Shown here in pieces: positions 9,665 to 18,086 of a stretch of 64,000 nt of DNA. Origin of the DNA: an uncultured Chloroflexia bacterium (GTDB taxonomy: Bacteria; Chloroflexota; Limnocylindria; QHBO01); contig CAVWAU010000004.1 in the NCBI GenBank assembly GCA_963753125.1, forward strand, positions 54,445-118,444. Direction: 5' to 3'. The notes under the pieces are model-generated. The model saw only the letters and a list, made by a program, of their open reading frames with translations, was not told where the DNA came from and did not search any database. A program made the translations under genes and the position numbers. Position 1 is the stretch's first letter. Each line of letters begins with the position of its first letter.

Positions 9665-10657
9665 ATGAAGGCCGCGTTCCACGACCGATACGGCCCGCCC
9701 GAGGTCGTCGAGATCCGCGAGGTCGAGCGCCCGACGCCCACGGACGATCAGGTGCTCGTTCGCGTCCGTGCCGCATCGGTCAACCGCGCCGACCTCGATG
9801 GCCTGAAGCCGAAGCCAGGGTTCGTGCGCCTCTTCATGGGCATCCGCGCGCCCAGGGCCCACGAGGTCGGCATCGATGCGGCCGGCGTCGTCGAGGCGCT
9901 CGGACCCGACGTGACCCGCTTCAAGCCCGGCGACGAGGTCATGACCGACATGTTCGCGGCGGGGAAGTTCGGAGCCTTCGCGGAGTACGTGTGTGCGCGC
10001 GAGAAGGCCTTTGAGCCGATCCCGCCCGGCATGTCGTTCGAGGAGTCAGCCACGCTGCCGCACTCGGCGGTGCTGGCGCTCCAGGGGCTTCGCACGCGCA
10101 AGGGCCGGACGGTCAAGCCGGGAGAGAGGGTGCTGATCGACGGAGCCTCCGGCAACGTCGGGCCGTTCGCCGTCCAGATCGCGAAGTCGATGGGCGCGGA
10201 GGTGACAGGCGTCGCTCGCGGCGACAAGCTGGACTTCGTCCGATCGCTCGGCGCCGACCACGTGATCGACTACGAGAAGGTCGACTACACCAAGACGGGG
10301 GAGCGGTACGACTGGATCCTCGCCGTCGACTCGCACCTCCCGATCCTGCGGATGCGCCGCGCGCTGCGGCCGAACGGCGTGTATCTCACGCTCGGCGGCG
10401 ACTCGGCCGCCATCTTCGGCGGGGCCCTGGTGGGGCCGCTGACCTCCCTCTTCAGCGACCGATGGACCGGCCTGGTGCTGTGGTGGAAGCCGATGCACCG
10501 GCCCGACGTCAACACCCTGAAGGAGCTGATCGCGGCCGGAAAGCTCAGGCCGATCATCGATCGGCGCTATCCGCTGGAGCAGGTCGTCGACGCGCTTCGG
10601 TGGGTGGAGGACGGCCACGCCAAGGGCAAGGTCATCCTCAAGGTGTCTGATGACTGA
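9665..10657 (+). CDS. NAD(P)-dependent alcohol dehydrogenase / quinone oxidoreductase (zinc-binding MDR family)
   Basis: MKAAFHDRYGPPEVVEIREVERPTP is an MDR N-terminus and LIDGASGNVGPFAVQIAKSMGA is the Rossmann motif. The real start is internal to the 438-aa ORF. Confidence 0.8.
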   Translation: MKAAFHDRYGPPEVVEIREVERPTPTDDQVLVRVRAASVNRADLDGLKPKPGFVRLFMGIRAPRAHEVGIDAAGVVEALGPDVTRFKPGDEVMTDMFAAGKFGAFAEYVCAREKAFEPIPPGMSFEESATLPHSAVLALQGLRTRKGRTVKPGERVLIDGASGNVGPFAVQIAKSMGAEVTGVARGDKLDFVRSLGADHVIDYEKVDYTKTGERYDWILAVDSHLPILRMRRALRPNGVYLTLGGDSAAIFGGALVGPLTSLFSDRWTGLVLWWKPMHRPDVNTLKELIAAGKLRPIIDRRYPLEQVVDALRWVEDGHAKGKVILKVSDD

Positions 10658-11264
10658 CGGGGCAACGGCCGAGGCGGAGTCGGCCCAGGGCCCTCGGGTG
10701 ATCCGACGGTGGCTGTACGCCGGCGGAACGCGCCAGGATCGCCTTCGCGACCCGGACGCGGTGATCGCCGTCCTCGATCTGCGACCCGGGATGGTCGTGG
10801 GCGATCTCGGTCCGGGCTATGGGCACTTCACCGTGCGCCTGGCTCGGGCGGTTGAGCCGGACGGCGTCGTCTACGCGCTCGACGCCAGCCAGAGCACGCT
10901 CGACGACCTGCGGCGCGCCGCCGACGATCGCGGGATCACGACGCTCCGGACGGTGCTCGTGCGTCGCGATCGGCTCGAGATCCCGGAGCCGGTCGACCTG
11001 CTCTTCGTCTCGGCCACCTACCACCACCTGCCCGAACCGACGAAGTACTTCGCGGACGCCCGGGCGTTCTTGCGACCGGGAGCGAGGGTCGCCATCCTCG
11101 AGTCGCGGCGCGAGGGCTTGTTGGCTCGATGGCGCGGCCGCCACGCGACCTCCTCGCGGCGGGTGCGGCGCGAGATGGCGGAGGCCGGGTATCGGCTCAC
11201 CTCGACCCACGACGTCGTCCGCGGGTACTGGTTCGGACTGTTCGAGGTCGCTACTGACCGATGA
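10650..11264 (+). CDS. class I SAM-dependent methyltransferase
   Basis: VLDLRPGMVVGDLGPGYGHFTVRLA is SAM-binding motif I. Its start overlaps the ADH stop. Confidence 0.8.
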   Translation: MTDGATAEAESAQGPRVIRRWLYAGGTRQDRLRDPDAVIAVLDLRPGMVVGDLGPGYGHFTVRLARAVEPDGVVYALDASQSTLDDLRRAADDRGITTLRTVLVRRDRLEIPEPVDLLFVSATYHHLPEPTKYFADARAFLRPGARVAILESRREGLLARWRGRHATSSRRVRREMAEAGYRLTSTHDVVRGYWFGLFEVATDR

Positions 11265-11295
11265 GATCCGCGCGACAGAGCGGTCAACACGGGTG

Positions 11296-11874
11296 ATGCG
11301 CAAGCTCATCGTCTGCAACATCATCTCGGTCGACGGCTTCTACTCCGGCCCGAACGACGACGTCATGGTGATGCCGTTCGACGAGCCGTTCAGCGACTAC
11401 AACGCCGAGCGGCTGCGCGCTGCCGACACCTTGCTGCTCGGTCGTCGGTCCTTCGAGGGCTTCAAGAGCTACTGGCCCACAGTCGCCGACGACCCCGAAG
11501 CGCCACCGGTCGAGCGCGAGATCTCGCGCCTCGACAACGCGATCGACAAGGTCGTCGTCTCGGATTCGCTGGCCGATGCGGACCTGGCTCCCTGGACGAA
11601 TACCCGCATCGTCCGTCGCTCCGATGCCAACGAGGCGATCGCGGAGCTGAAGCGCGGCCCCGGCCGCGAGATCCTCATGTTCGGCAGCCACGTCCTGTGG
11701 AACGACCTGCTGACGGCAGGCCTGGTGGACGAGCTGCACTTCATGATCGGCTCCGCCTTCCTCGGTGACGGCGTGCCGCTTTTCACCGGCCCGCGCACAG
11801 ACCTGCGCCTGCTCGAGGCTCGGGTCCTGGACGACTCTCAGCTGATCCTCGCGAAGTACGCGCCGGCGAGCTGA
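11296..11874 (+). CDS. dihydrofolate reductase family protein (RibD C-terminal domain), paralog 2 of 4
   Basis: MRKLIVCNIISVDGFYSG...LLLGRRSFEGF...ILMFGSHVLWNDLLTAGLVDELHFMI. Confidence 0.8.
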   Translation: MRKLIVCNIISVDGFYSGPNDDVMVMPFDEPFSDYNAERLRAADTLLLGRRSFEGFKSYWPTVADDPEAPPVEREISRLDNAIDKVVVSDSLADADLAPWTNTRIVRRSDANEAIAELKRGPGREILMFGSHVLWNDLLTAGLVDELHFMIGSAFLGDGVPLFTGPRTDLRLLEARVLDDSQLILAKYAPAS

Positions 11875-11879
11875 GGCCG

Positions 11880-12443
11880 CTACCGAACGACGCGATACAC
11901 GACGTGCGCCACGCCGCCGGCCTCGTACAGCTCTGTCTGCTTGAGCTCGATTCGCTGGGGGAGCTCCTCGAACATTCGGCGGCCCCCGCCGAGCAGCACG
12001 TCGACCAGGTGGATCCGGATCTCGTCCACGAGCCCGGCGGCGAGGAATTGTCGCGGGACATCGGCGCCCATGAGACCGATGCGCTTGTCGCCGGCGGCTG
12101 CGCGAGCCTTCTCGAGCGCGCTCTCGATCCCATCGGTGACGAAGGTGAAGAGTGGGCCCGCCTCTGAAGGCGGATCGTGGGTGACGACGAAGCAGGGCAC
12201 GTCGCCGACGGGACCGCCCTCGCCCCACTCGGGAATGGAGTTGTCGTACGTCCGGCGACCCATGATCACGGCGCCGGTGTTCTCGATCACGCCGTCGAAC
12301 ACGCGCTCGAACACACCCGGGTTGTCGAAGCCCCAGTTGTGGAGCCGCATGCCGTCCTCGCCCAGACCGTCCCCGGGGATGTCGTTGGGTGCCGCGATGT
12401 AGCCGTCCAGTGACATGCTCATGTCGATCGCCACGATCCCCAT
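11880..12443 (-). CDS. dihydrofolate reductase family protein (RibD C-terminal domain), paralog 3 of 4
   Basis: MGIVAIDMSMSLDGYIAAPND...VIMGRRTYD...IGLMGADVPRQFLAAGLVDEIRIHLV. Convergent with paralog 2, 5 bp apart. Confidence 0.8.
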   Translation of the reverse strand: MGIVAIDMSMSLDGYIAAPNDIPGDGLGEDGMRLHNWGFDNPGVFERVFDGVIENTGAVIMGRRTYDNSIPEWGEGGPVGDVPCFVVTHDPPSEAGPLFTFVTDGIESALEKARAAAGDKRIGLMGADVPRQFLAAGLVDEIRIHLVDVLLGGGRRMFEELPQRIELKQTELYEAGGVAHVVYRVVR

Positions 12444-12505
12444 GCTCAGGTGTCCTCGACCGATGCGTCGACCTCATCGGTTCCTGAACTCGACGATGCG
12501 CGTGA

Positions 12506-12784
12506 TCAGCTCAAGGGAATCGGCTCTTCGGCGGGGAAACGAATCGTGCCCTTCCCGACGGCATAGGGTCGGAGCGCGTCGCCCAGCTCCTCGACCATGG
12601 CATCGCTCCATGGGAAGAGGCTGTAATGGCGCTTGAACGCCTCGTACGAGACGAGGAACCGACCGTCGAGTCGGAAGCCGGGCATGTTGTAGGTGATCAC
12701 CTCGGTCGCGGTGGGTGCGGCCGAGCGGATCGTGCTGCGGATCTGCTCCATGACGGCGCGTCGGTCGTCAGGCAACTGCGCCAT
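12506..12784 (-). CDS. DUF1801 domain protein (YdhG-like)
   Basis: MAQLPDDRRAVMEQIRSTIRSAAPTATEVITYNMPGFRLDGRFLVSYEAFKRHYSLFP. ATG at 12784. Confidence 0.7.
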   Translation of the reverse strand: MAQLPDDRRAVMEQIRSTIRSAAPTATEVITYNMPGFRLDGRFLVSYEAFKRHYSLFPWSDAMVEELGDALRPYAVGKGTIRFPAEEPIPLS

Positions 12785-12891
12785 GTATTCGCTCGACGCT
12801 CTCGTACTTGGACACATGTCTCCTCCCTGCCCATAGGGTGGACACACCATAGCCCCTTGACCGCAGGTTCCCGGCCCCAAGAATCAGAACC

Positions 12892-13368
12892 ATGCACCCG
12901 CAAACTGGGTCGGGACGGGCAGCCGCGCTGGCGGCGCGTCTGGAGGGGGCGGCCTCGAGCCTCATCGCGGTTATCGAACCGATCACCGACGGTCGCTGGC
13001 GCTTCGTCCGGACGCCGGAGGTCTGGTCGATCAGCAAGGATGCTGAGCACGTCGCCGAGGCATCGGCCTACCACCAGTGGATCGTGCGCCTCACGATCGG
13101 CGAGAAGGTCTCATCCCGCCGCCCGCACATTGAGCGCAAGCAGATGATCTCCGACCGGTCACCAGCCGAGATCGTCGCCCTGATCCGCGAACGGACCGAT
13201 GCGGGCGTGCGCCTTCTCCTCTCCCTGAGCGATGAGCAGCTCGACCTGCCGACGCGCCCTCCACGGGCCCGGGATCAGCGACTGGCCGAGATGATCGAGC
13301 TCGTGCTCATCGATCACTACGACGGGCACCGGGCGGACATCGAGGCGAAGCTACGCGCCCTCGGCTGA
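12892..13368 (+). CDS. DinB family protein (DinB_2/DUF664-like)
   Basis: 158 aa. SKDAEHVAEASAYHQW...DHYDGHRADI carry the His-triad-type motifs of DinB/YfiT. Confidence 0.65.
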   Translation: MHPQTGSGRAAALAARLEGAASSLIAVIEPITDGRWRFVRTPEVWSISKDAEHVAEASAYHQWIVRLTIGEKVSSRRPHIERKQMISDRSPAEIVALIRERTDAGVRLLLSLSDEQLDLPTRPPRARDQRLAEMIELVLIDHYDGHRADIEAKLRALG

Positions 13369-14139
13369 GGGCCTCAGGCTGGCCTGCCGGAAGAGCAGGC
13401 CCGATGCAACCCAGGCACCGATGAAGAACGCGTCCGCCAGCAGCGTCGGGCCGAGGCCCGCAACGAGCGCGATCACCGCGACCAGCGCGTGCGCGCCCGC
13501 CGTCGCGAACAGCGCGATCGACGCCTCGCGCGGCTCGAAGCGCGCGATCGCGGCGCCGATAAGCAGAACGAAGAGGACGAAGAGATACATCAGGTTCGCG
13601 GGGTTTCCCTCGTCGCCGATCATCCCGACCGCGAGGTTGACCCAGATCAGGAACAGCCCGGCCGCCACCGCGATGCCGACGGCGACCCTGTGAGCGACGT
13701 TCCCGGCCCGCCTGGTGGCGTACTCGTACAGGAGGCCCGTCCCGAGGATCAGGACGCCCATGATGGCGAAGTCCATCGGGCCCCAGTTCACGCCCTCGGT
13801 GCCCTGCCCCGGGTCGGGGACCCCGATGTTGAACGCCATGGCGAGGGCCGGCACGCCCAGCAATGCCGCGGTGATGAGCACCCAGCGGAGGTAGTTCATG
13901 TTCTGCATGACCATGTGCGTCGCGTTCTCCCTGATGATGGCCGCGGAGGTCTCGGCGAATGTCCCGAGGGCGAAGCCGAGGAGGCCCCGGTCCGCATCGG
14001 TCCGTTCGCGCGCCAGGTCGGTGAAGGTCTGCGCCATCGGTTCGCCGAACCGGTCCTGGAAGGGCCCCGGGTAGAGGCGGAGCAGCCGGGCGTACCAACG
14101 CCGGTATCGGCTTATGGACCGATCAGACGCCATCGGCAA
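13351..14139 (-). CDS. PadR-associated integral membrane protein (hypothetical)
   Basis: 262 aa with about 6 TM helices. Its start overlaps the stop of the upstream PadR gene by 17 bp. Confidence 0.6.
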   Translation of the reverse strand: MPMASDRSISRYRRWYARLLRLYPGPFQDRFGEPMAQTFTDLARERTDADRGLLGFALGTFAETSAAIIRENATHMVMQNMNYLRWVLITAALLGVPALAMAFNIGVPDPGQGTEGVNWGPMDFAIMGVLILGTGLLYEYATRRAGNVAHRVAVGIAVAAGLFLIWVNLAVGMIGDEGNPANLMYLFVLFVLLIGAAIARFEPREASIALFATAGAHALVAVIALVAGLGPTLLADAFFIGAWVASGLLFRQASLRPSAEGA

Positions 14140-14482
14140 AGGCGTTCGGGGTGAGGTGCTTCTCCTTGGCGACCGCGACGACGTCGCGGTATCGGTCCAG
14201 CTCGGTCTCGAGCGCCTTCCGTCCGAGCCCGGTGACCGTGTAGTAGATCCGCCGCTCGTCGTCCATCGCGGGGTCGACCTTCCTGTCGCTCTCGCGGATC
14301 AGCCCCGCCTCCATCATCCGGCCGAGCGACCCGTACAGCGTGCCCGGCCCCATCTTCACCTTGCCCTGCGACTCGGCCTCGGCCTGCTTCATGATCCCGT
14401 ACCCGTGCCGCTCCTCGGTGGAGAGCGCGAGCAGGATGTGCAGCACCGTCGGCGTCAGGGGAGCGTCCGTCTTGTTCTTCAC
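14123..14482 (-). CDS. PadR family transcriptional regulator
   Basis: LTPTVLHILLALSTEERHGYGIMKQ...GTLYGSLGRMMEAGLI is the PadR winged helix. Confidence 0.85.
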   Translation of the reverse strand: MKNKTDAPLTPTVLHILLALSTEERHGYGIMKQAEAESQGKVKMGPGTLYGSLGRMMEAGLIRESDRKVDPAMDDERRIYYTVTGLGRKALETELDRYRDVVAVAKEKHLTPNAFADGV

Positions 14483-14586
14483 CGAGCCTCCACACTATAT
14501 CCGTGACGGATGCACACTATATCCGTTACCGATACACGTCAACGGCTTGACCGATGAGTTTCACGGGTCGGACCTATCCTCAAGGC

Positions 14587-15228
14587 ATGAGCAAGGTACG
14601 AGTGCACATCTCGACGTCGCTGGACGGCTACGTCGCCGGCCCCAACCAGAGCATGGAGAATCCTCTCGGCGAGGGAGGCGAATCGCTCCACGACTGGCTG
14701 GTCGTGCTGAAGGCCTGGCGCGAGGGTGCCGGCATGGAGGGCGGCGAGGAGAACGTCAGTAATGCCGTGGTCGCGGAGGAGCACGCGAACGTCGGTGCCG
14801 AGATCATGGGTCGTGGCAAGTTCGGCCCGCCCACCCGCGGTCCGTGGGGCGACGATCCCTGGAGCGGTTGGTGGGGTGACGAACCGCCCTTCCACAAGCC
14901 GGTCTTCGTCCTCACCCACCACCAGCGGGAGCCGCTGACCCTATCGGACACGACCTACACCTTCGTGACCGATGGCATCGAGGCCGCCCTGGGGCGCGCG
15001 AGGGAGGCCGCCGGCGAGAAGGACGTCTTCATCGGCGGCGGCGCCGAAGTCATCAACCAGTACCTGGCGGCCGGGCTGGTCGACGAGCTGGAGCTGCACG
15101 TCGTCCCGATCCTCCTGGGCGGAGGCGCCCGCCTCTTCGAAGGCGTCGGCGCGAACGTAAAGCTCGAGGAGCTTCGCGCGATCGAGGGACCCGGGGTCGC
15201 GCACCTCAAGTACCGCGTCCTGAAGTAG
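14587..15228 (+). CDS. dihydrofolate reductase family protein (RibD C-terminal domain), paralog 4 of 4
   Basis: MSKVRVHISTSLDGYVAGPNQ...IMGRGKFG...VFIGGGAEVINQYLAAGLVDELELHVVPILLGGG. An alternative ATG lies at 14554. Confidence 0.8.
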   Translation: MSKVRVHISTSLDGYVAGPNQSMENPLGEGGESLHDWLVVLKAWREGAGMEGGEENVSNAVVAEEHANVGAEIMGRGKFGPPTRGPWGDDPWSGWWGDEPPFHKPVFVLTHHQREPLTLSDTTYTFVTDGIEAALGRAREAAGEKDVFIGGGAEVINQYLAAGLVDELELHVVPILLGGGARLFEGVGANVKLEELRAIEGPGVAHLKYRVLK

Positions 15229-15234
15229 CCGGGG

Positions 15235-15705
15235 ATGGCGGCGCCCGAGTCGATTCCACCCGATCTGTTCCTCTCCGGGTATTCCGCCGAGATCCGTGAC
15301 CTCGCCGAGCGCCTCCGCACCGTGGTCGTCGAAGCCGTCCCCGAGGCGATCGAGCGCGTCCGAACCGGCTGGCGGCTGATCGGCTACGACGTCCCGATCG
15401 GTCGTCGCACCCGCTACTTCGCCTTCGTCGCTCCCGAGCCGGAGCACGTCCATCTCGGCTTCGAGCATGGCATCTGGATGACGGATCCCGACGGCATCCT
15501 CCGGGGTGCCCATCTCGAGCTGAAGAAGGTCCGCTATGTCACCTATGTGCCGGGCAACACGATCCCGACCGAAGTTCTTGTGCGTTACACCAGCGAGGCA
15601 GCCGCATTGGCCGCGATAGCACCCTCGGGACACCGGCGCGACAATGCGCCCGAGGTGCGGGCGGGCAGCTCGCCGCAGCCCTGCAGCCCAGACGACGAGA
15701 ATTGA
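15235..15705 (+). CDS. DUF1801 domain protein
   Basis: LAERLRTVVVEAVPEAIERVRTGWRLIGYDVP...YFAFVAPEPEHVHLGFEHG is DUF1801-like. The C-terminal tail may be extended by an undetected shift. Confidence 0.6.
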   Translation: MAAPESIPPDLFLSGYSAEIRDLAERLRTVVVEAVPEAIERVRTGWRLIGYDVPIGRRTRYFAFVAPEPEHVHLGFEHGIWMTDPDGILRGAHLELKKVRYVTYVPGNTIPTEVLVRYTSEAAALAAIAPSGHRRDNAPEVRAGSSPQPCSPDDEN

Positions 15706-15775
15706 CCGGGGACCGATGAATCAGGCGCGCGCGGCCGGTCGTGTCAACGCAACACGCACCGCCCAGGAGGAGTCC

Positions 15776-16309
15776 ATGTCCACGAGCCTGACGATTTCAC
15801 CGACTGAGACGAAGAACCTCGACGGCTATGGCTTGCCACCCCTCGAGTGGCAGCGCGTGATCGAGGCGCTGAACAGGATTCGCGAGCTTGATGTGAACGA
15901 CGCGGCGGGCCGCTTCTGGATCGCCACGACACGACCGGATGGACGGGCGCACACGATGCCAGTGGGCATCGTCTGGGATGACAGCAAGTTTTACCTGGCC
16001 ACTGGCGCCGGCACGCAGAAGGGCAAGAACCTCGCCCGCGATCCGCGCTGCGTCGTCAGTGTCGCGGCACCGGGAATCGACATCGCCGCCGAGGGGGAAG
16101 CGAAGATCATCCGCGACGAAGGCGAGCTGCAGCGCATCGCCACGTTGTTCGACGACTGGGGTCCGCAGGTGCGCGACGGCGCGTTCTGGCACGAGTTCAG
16201 CGCGCCGAGCGCCGGTCCGCCGCCGTGGGACGTGCACGAGATCACACCCACGACCGTCTACGCACTGGCGACCGCCGAGCCGTATGGAGCCACGCGCTGG
16301 AGGCTGTGA
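15776..16309 (+). CDS. pyridoxamine 5'-phosphate oxidase family protein (PPOX / F420-dependent split-barrel)
   Basis: AGGAGG lies 5 bp upstream of the ATG at 15776. RFWIATTRPDGRAHTMPVGIVWDDSKFYLATGAGTQKGKNLARDPRCVVSV is the PNPOx-like barrel. An in-frame upstream ATG at 15716 is an alternative start. Confidence 0.75.
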   Translation: MSTSLTISPTETKNLDGYGLPPLEWQRVIEALNRIRELDVNDAAGRFWIATTRPDGRAHTMPVGIVWDDSKFYLATGAGTQKGKNLARDPRCVVSVAAPGIDIAAEGEAKIIRDEGELQRIATLFDDWGPQVRDGAFWHEFSAPSAGPPPWDVHEITPTTVYALATAEPYGATRWRL

Positions 16310-16481
16310 ACCTCGTGGCTAGTCGCGAGCCTCGCGTTGCGGCTGGCTGGTTCGAGCGACACCAGCCGGATCGGACCGGATCTCAGTTGCTAGCCTGCGC
16401 GATTCACCCGATGACCTGGGAACGCGCCGAGGGAGCTACGAAGCCGGTCCTGAGGTGCCCCCTGTGCGGCGGCGCTGATCT

Positions 16482-16751
16482 TCATCGGTCTTGCTCGAGC
16501 CAGCTCATGCCGGCGAGATGCACGCGGGTGCGTTCACGGATCGTCGTCACGACGACCACGACGTTGCCGCACGTCGGGCATCGCGCGACATCCCCGGCGC
16601 TCCGGTAGACCAGCATTGCAGCCACCGGATGCACCGAGCCACAGCCGGCGCAGGTGCCGCGCTCATCGGTCATCTCGCGCCCGAAGACCTCCATCAGCGC
16701 GCCGCCGAGCGCGTTGCCGTCGACGTGCGTGTCTCCCGTCATGCTTCTCAC
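16482..16751 (-). CDS. DUF6510 family protein (CxxC...CxxC small protein)
   Basis: MTGDTHVDGNALGGALMEVFGREMTDERGTCAGCGS...VARCPTCGNVVVVV. The GTG start overlaps the reconstructed stop of the upstream reductase gene (GTGA). Confidence 0.7.
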   Translation of the reverse strand: MRSMTGDTHVDGNALGGALMEVFGREMTDERGTCAGCGSVHPVAAMLVYRSAGDVARCPTCGNVVVVVTTIRERTRVHLAGMSWLEQDR

Positions 16752-17501
16752 CCTCCGGTGGGACCGAATCGCTCGGTCAGAATCCGTCCAGGCTCATGGC
16801 CGAGCTCGACCAGGACCGATGCGACCGCCTCCACGAACCCGGTCGGCCCGCAGACGTAGTGTCAGCGGCTGCATGTCCGGCGGCCAGGCCAGCTGCGACA
16901 CGGCCTCGCGGTCGAACCGACCGCGGCGACCGCTCCAGTCCTCCGGCGCCGATCGGGTCAGGGTATGGGTGATCGAAACGGCATCCTCGTCGCGGGCGAT
17001 GGCCGCCAGCTCATCGGCGTAGATCACGTCCTCGGCGGTGCGCCAGGAGCACAGCATCCGGACCGGGACGTCGCTGCGCGCGCCGACACGCGCGCGGAGC
17101 ATCGCCATCAGCGGCGCGACTCCGCTGCCGCCACCGATCAGCCCGAGCGGGCCGCCACGGTCGGGCTCCCAGACGAAGTAGCCGCCGATGGGACCGCGCA
17201 GCTCGACCTTGTCGCCGACCACCAGGACATCGGTCAGATAGGTCGAAACTTCGCCGTCCTCGAGCCGCTCGACGGTGATCGTCACCCGGCTGCCGTCCTG
17301 CGGCGTCGCGATCGAGTAGCTGCGCTGCGCGCGATAGCCATCCGGGGCGGTGAGCCGCACGTCGATGTGCTGCCCCGGCAGGTGGCCCGCCCAGTCGGGG
17401 ACGTCGAAGGTCAGGCTCTGGACGCGTGGCGTCTCACCGACCCGGTCGACGACCTCGGCGATCGCCCAGGTCAGTCGCCGGAGTACCGCTGTTCCCGCCA
17501 T
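16748..17501 (-). CDS. ferredoxin-NADP reductase-like FAD/NAD-binding oxidoreductase, with an apparent +1 frameshift near 16858
   Basis: RSYSIATP is the FAD motif and GPLGLIGGGSGVAPLMAML is the NAD motif. The in-frame ORF (16794-17501) ends in junk (LTLRLRADRVRGGG). Shifting one base restores the conserved C-terminus ...PLTYVCGPTGFVEAVASVLVELGHEPGRILTERFGPTGG* ending at TGA 16748-16750. Confidence 0.7.
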
Positions 17502-18076
17502 GGATCTCCGTAGTTGTGATAGCCGTAGCCCTCCCAGAAGCCGGGCGCATCGGCGTCGCGCAGCTCGATGGCGCGGACCCACTTCGCGCTCTTCCAGAAG
17601 TAGAGGTGGGGGACCAGCAGGCGCGCCGGACCGCCGTGCTCGGGGTCGAGTGGCTCGCCGTCGTACTGGTAGGCGATCCACGCCTTTCCATCGGTCAGGT
17701 CTGCGAGCGGCAGGTTCGTCGTGTAGCCGCCGAACGAGTGCGCCATGACGTGGTCGGCCGCGGTCTGGACGCCGTCGAGGAGGGTGTCAACGGGCACGCC
17801 GCGCCACTTCGGGTCGAGCTTCGACCACTTCGTGACGCAATGGATGTCGACGGTGACGTCCTCGGCCGGCAGGGAGGTGAACTCCTCCCAGCTCCAGCCA
17901 CGTGGCTTGTCCACCTGGCCGATGATCTCGAAGCGCCATTCGTCGAGGCCGATGCGCGGCGTCGGCCCGGCCGACAGGACGGGGAAGTCGTGGGTCACGT
18001 ACTGGCCGGGCGGCACCCGGTCGGCCGGCGCATCCGCCGCCTCGCGTCGTCGAAACCCGCGTGAGATGAACGTCAT
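17471..18076 (-). CDS. sulfite oxidase-like molybdopterin-dependent oxidoreductase (MsrP/YedY-like catalytic subunit)
   Basis: 201 aa. HCVTKWSKLDPKWRGVPVDTLL and GPARLLVPHLYFWKSAKWV are Mo-cofactor-domain motifs. Its 3' end overlaps the reductase start by about 31 bp. Confidence 0.8.
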   Translation of the reverse strand: MTFISRGFRRREAADAPADRVPPGQYVTHDFPVLSAGPTPRIGLDEWRFEIIGQVDKPRGWSWEEFTSLPAEDVTVDIHCVTKWSKLDPKWRGVPVDTLLDGVQTAADHVMAHSFGGYTTNLPLADLTDGKAWIAYQYDGEPLDPEHGGPARLLVPHLYFWKSAKWVRAIELRDADAPGFWEGYGYHNYGDPWREQRYSGD

Positions 18077-18086
18077 CGGCGCTGCC

